In this document: piece by piece, positions 41,183-54,350 of the stretch
How positions within the stretch are numbered: the stretch's first letter is position 1
Layout of the letters: every line of letters begins with the position of its first letter
Assembly: GCA_009914755.4 (NCBI GenBank)
Contig: CP086569.2
Location: 11,136,001-11,200,000 of the forward strand
DNA length: 64,000 nt
Reading direction: 5' to 3'
Source of the DNA: the human T2T-CHM13v2.0 reference genome, Homo sapiens
The notes under the pieces: model-generated
What the model saw: only the letters and a program-made list of their open reading frames with translations
Databases searched by the model: none
What the model was told of the DNA's origin: nothing
Position numbers and translations under genes: made by a program

Positions 41183-41260
41183 TTTCTTTCCACAGGATGT
41201 CTCTCTGTCACAAACGCTGGAGTGCAGTGGCATCATCTCCGCTCACATTTCTTTTCACCA
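41183..41260 (-). mobile_element. Antisense Alu 3'-tail relic, class D
   Basis: ctttctttccacaggatgtctctctgtcacaaacgctggagtgcagtggcatcatctccgctcacatttcttttcacc. Confidence 0.7.
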
Positions 41261-43440
41261 TTCCATTGCATTCCCTTCCATCCCATTCCATTCAACTCTA
41301 TTACACTCCACTCCAATCCATTCCATTCCAATCCACTCCATCCCATTCCTTTTGACTCAATTCTACTCCACTCCACAACACTCTTCTCCACACCACTGCA
41401 CACCACTCCATTCCATTCCATTCCTTTCAATTACACTCCACTCCACAACACTCCTTTCCATTCCAATCCATTCCTTTCCACTCCATTCCATTCCACTCCA
41501 TTCCACTGCACTCCATTCCACTCCACTGCATACCACTCCACTCCACACTACCCCACTCCTCTCCATTACACTCCACTAGGCTCCACTCCACTCCAGTCCA
41601 TTCCACTCCACTCCACTCCACTACAGTCCACTGCATTTTACTACACTATACTACACTCCAATCCATTCCATTACAGTCCACTCCATTCCTTTCCACTCCT
41701 CTCCATTCCAATCCACTCCATGCCATTCCACTCCACTCTACTCCATTCCGTTCCACTCCACTCCATTCCACTCCACTTCACTCCATGCCTATTTACTCCT
41801 TTCCTCTCCAATCCATTCCATTCTATTTCCCTTCACTCCACTCCACTCCATTCCACTCCAATTCACTCCACTAAACTCCATTCCAGTCCACTACACTCCA
41901 TTCCAGTGCACACCACTCCACTCCAGTCCATTCTATTCCACTCCTCTCCATTCCTTTCCATGCAACTCCATTCTACACCACTGCACTCCAATCCAATCCA
42001 TTCCAGTCCACTCCACTACACTCCATTAATTCTACTCCAGTCCACTCCACTCCATTCGATTCCATTCCACTCCTCTCCACTCCCTTCCGTTCCATTCTAC
42101 TCCACCCCATTCCATTCCGTTACACACCATTCCACTCCACTCTATTCCACTCCACTCGACTCCACTTCACTCCACTCCATTCCATTCCATTCCATTCCTT
42201 TCCACTCTACTCCATTCCACACCACTCCACTCCATTACACTCCACTGCACTGTATTTCATTGCACTCCACTCCATTCCAATCCCCTCCATTCCATTCTGT
42301 TCCAATCGACTCCATTACACTGCACTCCACTCTATTCCACTCCACTCCACTCCAATCAAATCTATTCCAATCCTTTCCACTCCACTACATTCCACTCCAC
42401 TGCACTCCATTCCATACCATTCCATTCCTTTGCACTCCACTCCACTACACTGCACTACAATACTCTCCATTCCAGTCCACTCCACTCCATTCCACTCCAC
42501 TCCACTCCATTCCAATTCACTCCACCCCATTCCATTCCTCTCCACTCTATTCCATTTCATTTCTCTCCATTGCATTCCATTCCATTCCATTCCATTCCAT
42601 TCCATTCCACTTCATTCCACTCCATTCCATTCCACTCCACTCCATTCCAGTCCACTTCTTTCCAATCCACTCCACTCCACTCCACTCTAATCCATTTCAT
42701 TCCAATACACTCCAATCCACTCCACTCCCCTCCACTTGATTCCATTCTACTCCACTCCACCCTACTAAACTCCATTCCACTCCACTCCACTCCAATCCAC
42801 TCCTTTGCATTCCACTCCACTCCAATCCACTCTACTCCATTCCACTCTGCTCCATTTCAATCCAATCCATTCCAGTCCATTCCATTCCATTCCACTCTTC
42901 GCCATTCCATTCCACTCCATGCCATTCTGCTCCACTCCACTCCATTCCATTCCACTCCACTCCATTTCTCTCAACTGCACTCCACTCTACACCTATCCAT
43001 TTCATTCCACTCCACTCCACTGCATTCCATTCCACTCCTCTGCACTCCACTCCATTTCACTCCAGTACACTCCATTCCACTCCACTCCACTCTGCTTCAC
43101 TCCACTCAGCTCCATTCCTTGCCACTCCACTCTACTCCATTCCACTCCAATCTACTCCATTCCACTTCACTCTACTCCATTCCACTCCACTGCACTCCAT
43201 TTCATTCCAATCCCCTCCATTCCAGTCCACTCCACTCCATTCCATTCCAGTCCACTACACTCCACTCTATTCCACTCCTCAGTACTCCAATTCAATCTAC
43301 TCCACTCAATTCCACTCCAATTTATCCCAGTCCAGTCCACTCCGTTCCATTCCATTCCATTCCATTGCACTCCACTCCACTACACTACACTACGCTACAC
43401 TACACTACTCTCCATTATAGTCCATTCCACTCCATTTCAG

Positions 43441-43680
43441 TCGACTCCACTCCACTCCACTCCATTCTATTCCACTCCATTCCATTCCATTCCACTCCAC
43501 CCTATGCCATTCCATTCCTCTCCATTCCATACTCTTCCATTCCATTACATTCAACTCCATTCCACTCCACTCCACTCCACTCCATTCTATTCCACTCCAT
43601 TCCATTCCATTCCACTCCACCCTATGCCATTCCACTCCTCTCCATTCCATACTCTTCCATTCCATTACATTCAACTCCAT
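43441..43680 (+). repeat. Near-exact 2 x 120-bp tandem duplication within HSat3
   Basis: Block tccactccactccactccactccattctattccactccattccattccattccactccaccctatgccattcc..cattacattcaactccat is repeated at a 120-bp offset with 1-2 mismatches. The minus-strand ORF 43405-43959 shows the matching peptide periodicity. Confidence 0.8.
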
Positions 43681-43892
43681 TCCACTCCACTCCACTCCAT
43701 TCCATTCCATTACTGTCCACTCCACTCCACTCCATTCCATTTCATTCCACTCCATTCCACTCCACTCCACACCCTTCCATTCCATTCTACTCCAATCCAT
43801 TCCACTCCATTCTATTCCATTCCACTCCATTCCACTCCACTGCACTCCCCTCACTTCCAGGCCATTCCATTCCACTCCATTCCATTCCATTG

Positions 43893-43970
43893 CTTTCTTT
43901 CCACAGGATCTCTCTCTGTCAAAAGGGCTGGAGTGCAGTTGCACAGTATCAGCTCTCATTTCTTTTCACC
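43893..43970 (-). mobile_element. Antisense Alu 3'-tail relic, class D
   Basis: ctttctttccacaggatctctctctgtcaaaagggctggagtgcagttgcacagtatcagctctcatttcttttcacc. Confidence 0.7.
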
Positions 43971-44144
43971 ATTCCTTTGCATACCATTCCATAGAATTCC
44001 ACTCCACGCTTTTTCACTCCACTCCACTCCACTCCACACCACTTCCACTCCACTCCTTTGCACTCCACTGCACCCCACTTCACTCATTTCTACTCCACTT
44101 CACGCCATTTCATTCCATTCCATTTCACACCAATGGATTCTATT

Positions 44145-44235
44145 CTTTCTTTTGACAACATATCACAGTGTCAGCCAGGGTGGAGTGCAGTGGTACAATC
44201 TCAGCTCATATGACAGGCCAACTTTCCATTGCATT
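44145..44235 (-). mobile_element. Antisense Alu 3'-tail relic, class B
   Basis: cttttgacaacatatcacagtgtcagccagggtggagtgcagtggtacaatctcagctcatatgacaggccaactttccattgcattgc. Confidence 0.7.
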
Positions 44236-45582
44236 GCATTGCTTTTCACACCATTGCATTCCTTTGCATTGGAATGCATTGCATTGCATTCCATTCCATT
44301 CCACTCCATTCTATTCTATTCAATTCCATTCCACTCCATTCCATTAAATTCAACTCCACTCCACTCCACTAAACTCCACTCCACTCAATTCCATTCCATT
44401 GGTTTACCTTCCATTGCACTCCACTCCATTCCACTCCATTGCTCTCGACTCCAATTCACTGCACTCCATTCCAATCCATTCCACTCCTTTCTATTCCATT
44501 GCACTCGGATCCACTCCAATCCACTCCACTCCATTCCATTCCATTGCACTCCATTCCATCCATTCCACTCCGCTCCACTGCAACTCATTTCTCTCCAGTC
44601 CACTCCACTGCGTTGCATTCCACTCCAGTCCACTTCACTCCACTCCATTCCATTCCATTCCATTCCAATGCACTCCATTCCATTACATTCCACTTCACTC
44701 AATTCCATTCCATTCCATTCCATTCCAATGCACTCCATTCCATTAAATTCCACGCCACTCCACTTCACTACCCTCCACTCCATTCCATTTCATTCCATTG
44801 CAATCAAATCCACCCCACTCCATTCCACTCCATTGCTCTCCACTGCACTCCACTCCATTCCATTCCATTCCATTCCATTCCATTCCATTCCATTCCATTC
44901 CATTCCATTCCCCTCCATTCAACTCCATTCCATTTGATTCCACTCGAATCCACTCCACTCCACTCCACTACATTCCACTCCATTGCGCTACACTCCATTC
45001 CATTCCACTCCTCTCCACTCCACTCCAACCCATTCCACTCCAGTACACTCCACTGCATTCCATTTCACTCCACTCCACTCCATTCCACCACTCCACCCCA
45101 ATCCACTTTATTCCATTTGACTGCACTCCATTCCACTGCAACCCACTCCATTCCATTCCATTCCACTGCACTCCATTTCACTCCAATCCACTGCACTCAA
45201 CTCCATTCCACTCCACTCCACTCCCTTCCACTCCACTCCACTCAATTCCATTCCACTCCACTCCATTCCATTCAACTCCATTTCATTCCACTCCACTCCA
45301 CTCCACTAAATTCCACTGCATTCTATTCTACTCCAGTCAAATCTATTCCATTCTATTCCACTCCATTCCATTCCACTCCACTCCACTCCATTCCATTCCA
45401 CTCCATTCTATTTCACTTCATTCCATTCCAGTTCATTCCATTGCAGTCCACTCCACTCGCCTCCACTCCACTCACTCAATTCCACACCACTCTTCTCCAT
45501 TCCATTCCACTCCTCTCCCCTCCACTCTACTACACTCCACTCCACCCCACTTCATTCCATTCCGCTCCATTCCATTCCATTC

Positions 45583-45660
45583 CTTTCTTTCCACAGGATC
45601 TCTCTCAGTAACAAAAGCTGGAGTGCAGTGGCACAATTGCAACTCACATTTCATTTAACC
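45583..45660 (-). mobile_element. Antisense Alu 3'-tail relic, class D
   Basis: ctttctttccacaggatctctctcagtaacaaaagctggagtgcagtggcacaattgcaactcacatttcatttaacc. Confidence 0.7.
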
Positions 45661-45943
45661 ATTCCATTGCATTCCATTCCATCCCATTCCATTCCACTCT
45701 ATTTCACTCAACTTTTCTCCACTCCATTCCATTCCACTCAATCCCATTCTGTTCTACTCCTTTCCACTCCACTCCTCTCAACTCCACTCCATTCCATTCC
45801 ACTGCATAACATGCCATTCGACTACATTCCACTCCACTCCACTCCACTCCAATCCACTCCATTCCATTCCATTCCATTCCATTCCATTCCATTCCATTCC
45901 ATTCCATTCCATTCCATTCCATTTCACTCCATTGCATTCCATT

Positions 45944-46030
45944 CCTTTCTTTCAACACTATATCACTGTGTCACGCAGGCTTAAGTGCAGTGGCACAATC
46001 TCAGCTCACGTTACATGTCAGCATTCCATT
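45944..46030 (-). mobile_element. Antisense Alu 3'-tail relic, class B
   Basis: ctttcaacactatatcactgtgtcacgcaggcttaagtgcagtggcacaatctcagctcacgttacatgtcagcattccattgcattgc. Confidence 0.7.
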
Positions 46031-47469
46031 GCATTGCATTCTATTTCATTCCTTTCCATTCCATTCCATTTCATTCCATTCCATTCCACTGCACTCCACT
46101 CCATTCCATTCCATTCCACTGCACTCCACTCCATTCCACTCCATTCCATTCAATTTCTTTACATTCCATTCCACTCCACTCCAGTCCACTACACTCTATT
46201 CCATTCCATTCCACTCCACTCCACTCCACTACATTCAATTGAATTCCATTCCCCTGCACTCCACTCAATTTCATTCTATTCCACTCCATTTGATTACAGT
46301 CCACTCCACTCCATTCCACCCCACTCCACTCCATTCCATTCCTTCCCACTCCATTCCAGTCCACTCCATTCCATTCCATTCCATTCCATTCCAATGCATT
46401 CCATTCCACTCCATTCCAGTCCACTCCAGTCCACTCCACTCAACTCCATTTCATGCCGTTCTGCTGCACTCCATTCTATTTCACTCCACTGCATTCTATT
46501 CCATTCCATTCCACTCCATTGCATTCCACTCCTCTCCATTCCATTCCACTCCACTCCATTCCATTGCATTCCATTCCAGTCCACTCCACTGCACACGACT
46601 ACATTCCATTCAATTCCATTCTGCTCCACTGAACTCTAATCCATTCCATTGTAATTCATTCAATTCCACTCCACTCCAATCCACTCCAATCCATTCCACT
46701 CCATTCTACTCCATTCCATTCCTTTCCTCTCCATTGCATTCCACTTTATTCCATTCCACTGCATTCCACTCCATTCCACTGCTTCCCTTCCATTCCACTG
46801 CTTCCTCTCCATTCCATTCCATTCCATTCCATTCCATTCCATTCCATTCCATTCCATTCCACTCCACTTCATTCCACTCCATTCTATTCCATTCTACTAC
46901 ACTCCACACCACTCCACTCCATTTCACTCCATTTCAATCCATTCCACTCCATTCCATTCCCCTCCATTCCATTCCACTCTATTGCACTCCACTCAACTCC
47001 ACTCCATTCCACTGCTCTCCATTCCAATCCACTCCACTCCATTCCATTCCACTCTACTCCACTCCAGTCTACTCGACTCCACTCCATTCCACTCCATTCC
47101 ACTCCACTCAAGTCTACTCCATTCCATTACAATCCTCTCCATTCCATTCCACTCCACTCCTCTACACTCCATTCCACTCCTCTACACATTCCTTCTACTC
47201 CTCTCCACTCCCTTCCACTCTACTCCACTCCATTCCGTTCCATTCCACTCTACTCCAGTCCATTGCACTCCAATCCACTCCACTCCACTACACTCAATTC
47301 CACTCCAGTCCACTCCTTTCCACTCCTCTCCACTCCACTGCACTCCACTCCACTCCATTCCATTCCTTCCCATTCCATTCGACTCCATTCAACTCCACTG
47401 CACTACACTCCAGTCCACTCCATTCTAGTCCATTCCATTCCATTCCATTTCACTCCATTCTATTCCATT

Positions 47470-47560
47470 CCTTTCTTTCCACAGGATATCACTGGGTCAC
47501 TCAGACTGGAGTGCAGTGCCACAATCTCTCTTCACATTACATGTCAACTTTCCATTGCAT
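47470..47560 (-). mobile_element. Antisense Alu 3'-tail relic, class B
   Basis: ctttctttccacaggatatcactgggtcactcagactggagtgcagtgccacaatctctcttcacattacatgtcaactttccattgcattgc. Confidence 0.7.
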
Positions 47561-48164
47561 TGCATTCTATTCCTTTGCATTGCATTACATTGTCTTGCTT
47601 TGCAGTGCTTTGCATTGCATTGAATTGCATTCCATTCCATTTGATTCCTTTTATTTCCACTACCCTCCATTCCACTCCATTCGATGCCACACCACTCCAT
47701 TTCATTCCATTCCCCTCCAGTCCATTCCATTCCTCCCCACTCCACTACACTATACCCCAGTCCACTCCATTCCATTCAACTCCACTCCATTTCGTTTCAC
47801 TCAACTCCATTCCATTCCATTCCATTCCATTCCACTTCAGTCCACTCCAATGCTTTCCGTTCCCCTCCGTTCCACTCCATTCCAGTCCACCCCACTCCAC
47901 TCCACTCTATTCCATTCCATTCCACACCACTCCACTCCATTGCAATCCACTCCACTGCACTAAATTTTGCTCCACTCCACTCCACTCAACTCCATTACAA
48001 TACACTCCACTTCACTCCACTCCAATTCCACTGCACTACACTCCATTCCATTCCACTCTGTTCCACTCCATTCCACTCCAGTCCACTCCATCCTTTTGCA
48101 TTCCACTCCATTGCACTCCACACCTCTCTACTACACTCAGTTCCATTCGAATCAATTCCATTCC

Positions 48165-48248
48165 GCTCCTTTCTTTCCAAATTAACTCTCTCTGTCACAA
48201 AAGCTGAAGTGCACTGGCACAGTCTCAGTTAACATTTCTTTTCACCAT
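48165..48248 (-). mobile_element. Antisense Alu 3'-tail relic, class D (degenerate)
   Basis: ctttctttccaaattaactctctctgtcacaaaagctgaagtgcactggcacagtctcagttaacatttcttttcacc. Confidence 0.6.
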
Positions 48249-48449
48249 TCCATTGCATTCTATTCCTCAAATTCCATTCCACTCTATTTCACTCCACTCC
48301 ACTCCATTACATTCCACTCCATTCCATTCCATTCGACTCCTTTCCACTCCTCTTCACTTCATTCTACCCCACTCCACTCCAAAACACTCCATTCCATTCC
48401 ATTCCATTCCATTCCATTCCATTTCATTTCATTCCATTGCAATCTGTCA

Positions 48450-48540
48450 ATTTCTTTCGACAGGATGTCACTGTGTCACCCAGGCTGCAGTACAGGTGCA
48501 CAATCTCAGCTCACATTACATGTCTACTTTCCATTGCATT
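48450..48540 (-). mobile_element. Antisense Alu 3'-tail relic, class B
   Basis: tttctttcgacaggatgtcactgtgtcacccaggctgcagtacaggtgcacaatctcagctcacattacatgtctactttccattgcattgc. Confidence 0.7.
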
Positions 48541-49227
48541 GCATTGTATTCCATTCCATTAGATTCCATTGCATTCCTTTCCACTCCACTGAACTCCACC
48601 CCACTCCACTCCATTCCATTCCACTCCATTCCACGCCATGCCATTCCATTCCAATCCACTCCACTGCATTCCACTCCACTCCACTGCAGGACACTCCAGT
48701 CCACTCCTCTCCATTCCATTCCACTCCACTCCACTCCATTCAACTCCACTCCATTCCATTTTATTTCACTCCATTCCACTCCTCTCCACTGCATTCCATT
48801 CCATTCTACTCCACACCAGTCCACTCCACTCCACTCCATTCCACTCCACACCACCCCATTCCAATCTATTCCATTCCAGTCCACTCCTCTGCATTCCCTT
48901 CCTCTCCATTCCACTCCATTCCAGCCCATTCCTCTCTACTCCACACTACTAAAGTCCATTCCATTCCACTCCACTCCACTCCACTCCACTCCATTCCAGT
49001 CCATTCCTCTCCACTCCACTCCTTTCCACTCCACTTCACTCCATTCCACTCCTCTACACTCCATTGCATTCCACTCCATTCCATTCCATTCCACTCCACT
49101 CCACTCCATTCCACTCCTCCCCACTGCATTCCACTCCAATCCACTTCATTCCAATCCACTCCATTCCACTCCACTCTACTCCATTCCTTTCCATTCTGCT
49201 CCATTTTACTCCACTGCGTTCCATTCC

Positions 49228-49320
49228 TTTGTTTTCATAGTATATCACTTTGTCACCCTGACTGAAGTGCAGTGGCACTATCTCAGCTCACATTACATGT
49301 CAACTTCCCTTTGCATTTCA
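49228..49320 (-). mobile_element. Antisense Alu 3'-tail relic, class B variant
   Basis: tttgttttcatagtatatcactttgtcaccctgactgaagtgcagtggcactatctcagctcacattacatgtcaacttccctttgc. Confidence 0.65.
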
Positions 49321-50387
49321 TTCTATTCCATTCCACTCCATTCCATTCCATTCTATTCCATTCCATTCCACTCTCCACTCCATTCCATTCCAATCCACTG
49401 CACTCCACTCCACTCGACTCTACTCCACAAAACTCCACTCCATTCCACTCCATTCCACTCCACTTCACTCCACTCCACTCCATTCCACTCCATTCTTCTC
49501 CATGCCATTCCATTGCATTCCACTCCACTCTATTCCATGCCACTCCACTCCATTCCAATCCATTCCACTCCACTCCATTTCATTCAAACCCACTCCACTC
49601 CACTCCACCTCACTCAATTCCACTCCACTCTTCTGCATTCCACTCCACTACACTCCATTCCATTCTATTCCACTCCATTCCTCTCCATTGCCCTCCATTC
49701 CTCACCACTCTACTCCAATCCACTCCACTCCACTTCACTCCAATCCATTCCATTCCATTCCATTCCATTCCATTCCATTCCATTCCATTCCATTCCATTC
49801 CCTTCAATTGCATTCTGGGCCATTTCATTCTATTCCACTCCACTCCGTTCCACTCCTCTGCACTCCATTCCACTCGAGTGCACTCGAACCCAATGAATTC
49901 CACTTCACTCCACTCCACTTCTTTCCATTCGACTCCACCCAACTCCATTCCTTTCTATTCCACTGCAATCCATTCGACTCCAATCCACTTCACTCCACTG
50001 CAGTCCTCCCCACTCCACTCCATTCCACTCCACTCCCTTCCACTCCACTCCATACCATTCCACTCCACTCCATTCTATTCCACTCCACCCCACTCCACTC
50101 CTCTCCACTCCATTCCATTCCACTCCACAGCACTCCAGTCCAACCTATTCCACTCTATTCCATTCCACTCCACTCCACTTCATACCAATCTACTCCACTC
50201 CATTCTACTCCATTCCATTCCATTACACACCTTTCCATTCCTTTCCATTCCACTCCATTCCATTCCTTTCCACTCCATTCTGCTCCGTTTCAATCCATTA
50301 GACTCCATTCTTTCCATTCCACTCCATTCCCCTACATTCCACTCCACTCTGCTCCACGCTATTCCATTCCACTCCATTCCATTCCAG

Positions 50388-50470
50388 TTCTTTCTTTCCA
50401 CAGGATCTCTCTCGCTCACAAAGGCTGGAGTGCAGTGGAACAATCTCTGCTCACATTTCTTTGTAGCATT
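50388..50470 (-). mobile_element. Antisense Alu 3'-tail relic, class D
   Basis: ctttctttccacaggatctctctcgctcacaaaggctggagtgcagtggaacaatctctgctcacatttctttg. Confidence 0.7.
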
Positions 50471-50649
50471 TCCTTGCATTCCATTCCATCCCATTCCATT
50501 CCACTCTATTTCACTCCATTCCACTCCACTCTCTTCCATTTCACTCAATCCCGTTCCATTCTACATTCAACTCCACTCCACTCCACTCCACTCCATTCCA
50601 TTCTATTCCATTCCATTTCACTACATTTCACTCCATTACATTCCATTCC

Positions 50650-50740
50650 CTTCTTTTGAAAGGATATCACTGTGTCAATCATGCTCGAGTGCAGTGGCAC
50701 AATCTCAGTTCACATTACATGTAACTTTCCTTTGCCTTGC
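50650..50740 (-). mobile_element. Antisense Alu 3'-tail relic, class B
   Basis: cttttgaaaggatatcactgtgtcaatcatgctcgagtgcagtggcacaatctcagttcacattacatgtaactttcctttgccttgcattg. Confidence 0.7.
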
Positions 50741-51277
50741 ATTGTATTCCAATGCATTGCATTGCATTACATTGCATTGCATTGAATTGCATTGCATTGC
50801 ATTCCTATCCATTCCTTTCCATTCTATTGCATTACCCTCTACTCCACTCCACTCCACTCCAATACATTCCACTCCAGTCCACTCCATTCCTTTACTGTCC
50901 ACTCCACTGCTTTCCATTCCATCTTATTGCATTCCAATCCTTTCCACTTTACTCCACTCCGCTCAACTCCACTCCACTCCACGGCAGTCCATTCCACTCC
51001 ACTGCACTCCATTTCATTCTAATCCACTCCACTCCTTTCCATTCCATTCCTTTCCATTCCATTCCATTCTATTCCATTCCATTCCATTCCATTCCATTCC
51101 ACTCCACTCCACTCCAGTTAATTCCATTGCAACCCACTCTATTCCTTTCCAGTCCACTGCACTCCTTTCCATTCCATTCTGTTGCACTAAACTACAATGC
51201 ACTCCACTGCACTCAATTCCTTTGTACTCCATTCCAATCCATTCCATTCCATTCCATTGCAATCCCTTCCATTCCAC

Positions 51278-51358
51278 TGCTTTCTTTTGACAAGATCTCC
51301 CTCGTTCACACTGGCTGTAATGTAATGGCACAATCTCAGCACACTTTTTTTCAGCATT
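51278..51358 (-). mobile_element. Antisense Alu 3'-tail relic, class C
   Basis: ctttcttttgacaagatctccctcgttcacactggctgtaatgtaatggcacaatctcagcacactttttttcagc. Confidence 0.65.
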
Positions 51359-51711
51359 CCATACCATTCCATTCCATTCCACTCGACTCCTCTCCACTCC
51401 ACTCCTCTCCACTCCACTCCATTCCATTCCACTCCATCCCATTCCATTCGACTCCATTCTACTTCACTCCACTACTCTCCACTCCTCTCCACTCCATTCA
51501 ATTCCTTTCCATTCAACTCCACTCCACTCCACTCCATTCCACTCCACTCGAATCCACTTGACTACACTTCAATCCACTCCACTCCAATCCATTCCATTCC
51601 ACTCCAATCTATTCCACTCCACTCCATTCCACTCCACTCCATTCCACTCCACTGCACTCCACTGGACTCCATTCCACTCCATTCCATTCTATTCCACTCC
51701 ATTCCATTCCA

Positions 51712-51792
51712 TTCCTTTCTTTCCACAGGATCTAACTCTGTCACAAAGGCTGGAGTGCAGTGGCACAATATCAGCACACATTTTTTAAACAT
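51712..51792 (-). mobile_element. Antisense Alu 3'-tail relic, class D
   Basis: ctttctttccacaggatctaactctgtcacaaaggctggagtgcagtggcacaatatcagcacacattttttaaac. Confidence 0.7.
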
Positions 51793-51977
51793 TCCATTGC
51801 ATTCCATTCCATCCCATTCCATTCCACTCTATTTCCCTCAACTACTCTCCACTCCATTCCATTCCACTCTATCCCATTGTGTTCAACTCTATTCCACTCC
51901 ATTTCACTCCACTCCACTCCATTCCATTCCATTCTATTCCATTCCATTCCATTCCATTACACCCCATTGTGTTCCAT

Positions 51978-52068
51978 TCCTTTCTTTCCTCAGGATATCA
52001 CCGTGTCACCCAGGCTGGAGTTCAGTGGCACAATCTCAGTTCACATTACATGTCAACTTTCCATTGCA
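51978..52068 (-). mobile_element. Antisense Alu 3'-tail relic, class B
   Basis: ctttctttcctcaggatatcaccgtgtcacccaggctggagttcagtggcacaatctcagttcacattacatgtcaactttccattgc. Confidence 0.75.
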
Positions 52069-52396
52069 TTCCATTCTATTCCATTGCATTCCATTGCATT
52101 CCATTCCATTTCATTTCGTTCCATTGTATTCCATTCGAAGTCATTCCATTCCACTCCGTTCCACTCCACTCCACTTCACTCCATTACATCCGATTCCATT
52201 CCACTCCATTCCACTCTTCTCCACTCCACTGCTCTCCATTCCACTCCATTCCACTCCATCCTCTTCCGTTCGGCTGCTTTCCACTGCACTCCACTCCACC
52301 TCACTCCACTCCACTTCATTCCATTCCTTTCCATCCCATTGTATTCCTATCCATTCCACTTCACTCCACTTCACTCCACTCCACTCCAGTCTACTC

Positions 52397-52471
52397 CATT
52401 CCATTCCATTCCATTCCATTCCATTCCATTCCATTCCATTCCATTCCATTCCATTCCATTCCATTCCATTC
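52397..52471 (+). repeat. Perfect (CCATT)15 run
   Basis: Uninterrupted ccattccatt... for 75 bp. Similar perfect runs occur at 13256-13315, 14451-14505, 23351-23406, 44866-44910, 46811-46860, 49746-49801 and 57919-57982. Confidence 0.85.
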
Positions 52472-52487
52472 CACTGCATTCCATTCC

Positions 52488-52570
52488 ATTCCTTTCTGTT
52501 GAGAGTATCTCACTCTGTCACCCAGCCTTGAGCACAGTGGCACAGTCTCAGCTCACATTTAATTTCACCT
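52488..52570 (-). mobile_element. Antisense Alu 3'-tail relic, class A'
   Basis: ctttctgttgagagtatctcactctgtcacccagccttgagcacagtggcacagtctcagctcacatttaatttcacc. Confidence 0.7.
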
Positions 52571-52777
52571 CTCCATTCCATTCCATTCCACTCCACTCAA
52601 CTCCACTCCACTCCAATCCATTCCACTCCACTCCTCTCCACTCCATTCCAGTCCACTCGACTCCTTTCTATTCCATCCCATTCCATTATTCTCCTTTCCA
52701 CTCCTCTCCGCTCCAATCAATTCCATTACATTCTACTCCATTCCATGCCATTCTACTCCATTCCATTCCATTCCATT

Positions 52778-52856
52778 CCTTTCTTTTGACAGGATCTCAC
52801 TCTATCACCCAGGCTGGTGTGCAGTGGCACAGTCTCAACTCACATTTCATTTCACT
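52778..52856 (-). mobile_element. Antisense Alu 3'-tail relic, class E
   Basis: cttttgacaggatctcactctatcacccaggctggtgtgcagtggcacagtctcaactcacatttcatttcac. Confidence 0.75.
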
Positions 52857-53147
52857 ATTCCATTCCATTCCATTCCTTTTCATTCCATTCCATTCTACTG
52901 CACTGCACTCCAACCCACTCAATTTCACTCCACTCTCCTCCACTCCACTCCACTCCATTCCACTCCTCTCCACTCACCTCCACTCCACTCCAATCCACTC
53001 CATTCCTCTCCACTCCATTCCACTTTACTTCACCCCACCCCATTTCACTCCACTCCACTCTACTCTACTCCACTGAACTCCATTCCTCTCCACTCCATTC
53101 TATTCTATTCCATTCCATTCCATTCCATTCCATTCCATTCCATTCCA

Positions 53148-53228
53148 TTCCTTTCTTTCTACAGGATCTCACTCTGTCACAAAGCCTGGAGTGCACTGGC
53201 ATAATCTCAGCTCACATTTCTTTTCACC
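53148..53228 (-). mobile_element. Antisense Alu 3'-tail relic, class D
   Basis: ctttctttctacaggatctcactctgtcacaaagcctggagtgcactggcataatctcagctcacatttcttttcacc. Confidence 0.7.
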
Positions 53229-53257
53229 ATTCCATTGCAATAAATTCCATTCCGTTC

Positions 53258-53335
53258 CTTTCTTTCTACAGGATCTCACCTTTCACAAAGACTGGAATGA
53301 ACTCTGACAATCTCAGCTCACACTAATTTTCACCA
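53258..53335 (-). mobile_element. Antisense Alu 3'-tail relic, class D (degenerate local duplicate)
   Basis: ctttctttctacaggatctcacctttcacaaagactggaatgaactctgacaatctcagctcacactaattttcacc. Confidence 0.6.
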
Positions 53336-53479
53336 TTCCATCTCATTGCATTCCACTCTATTTCACTCCACTCTACTCTGTTCCACTACATTCCATTCCA
53401 TTCCACTCCAATCCAATACTTTCTACTCCACTCCACTCCCCTCCATTCCATTCCATTCCACTCCATACCATTCCATTCC

Positions 53480-53560
53480 TTTATTTTGACAGGATCTCAC
53501 TCTGTCACCCAGGCTGGAGTGCAGTGGCACAACCTCCGCTCACGTTTTATTTCATCATTC
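53480..53560 (-). mobile_element. Antisense Alu 3'-tail relic, class E-like
   Basis: ttattttgacaggatctcactctgtcacccaggctggagtgcagtggcacaacctccgctcacgttttatttcatc. Confidence 0.75.
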
Positions 53561-53942
53561 CATTCCGTTCCATTCCACTGCACTTCACCCTACTCCAATC
53601 AATTTTACTCCACTCCACTCCAAACCATTCCGTTCCATTCCATTCCACTCCACTCCACTCCATTCAACTAACTCAACTGCACTTCACTCCATCGCATTCC
53701 ACTAAACTCCATTCCACCACACTCGACTCCAGTCCCCTCTGCTCCACTCCACTACACTCCATTACATTTTACTCCACTCCACTGCATTCGACTCCACTCC
53801 ACTCCATTCCAATCTGCTCCGCTCCACTCCACTCCACTCCTCTCCACTCCACTCCATTCCATTCCATTCCATTCCATTCCATTCCATTCCATTCCATTCC
53901 ATTCCAATCCATTCCATTCCATTACACCCCATTGTGTTCCAT

Positions 53943-54035
53943 TCCTTTCTTTCAGCAGGATATCACTGTGTCACGCAGTCTGGAGTGCAGTGGCACAATC
54001 TCAGTTCACATTACATGTCAACTTTCCATTGCATT
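53943..54035 (-). mobile_element. Antisense Alu 3'-tail relic, class B
   Basis: ctttctttcagcaggatatcactgtgtcacgcagtctggagtgcagtggcacaatctcagttcacattacatgtcaactttccattgc. Confidence 0.75.
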
Positions 54036-54267
54036 CCATTCCATTCCATTCCATTCCACTCCACTCAACTCCACTCCACTCCAATCCATTCCACTCCACT
54101 CCTTTCTACTCCATTCCAGTCCACTCGACTCCTTTCTATTCCATCCCATTCCATTATTCTCCTTTCCACTCCTCTACGCTCCAATCAATTCCATTCCATT
54201 CTACTCCACTCCATGGCATTCTACTCCATTCCATTCCATTCCATTCCATTCCATTCCATTCCATTCC

Positions 54268-54350
54268 ATTCCATTCCTTTCTTTTGACAGGATCTCACTC
54301 TATCACCCGGGCTGGTGTGCAGTGGCACAGTCTCAACTCACATTTCATTT
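54268..54350 (-). mobile_element. Antisense Alu 3'-tail relic, class E
   Basis: cttttgacaggatctcactctatcacccgggctggtgtgcagtggcacagtctcaactcacatttcatttcac. Confidence 0.75.
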
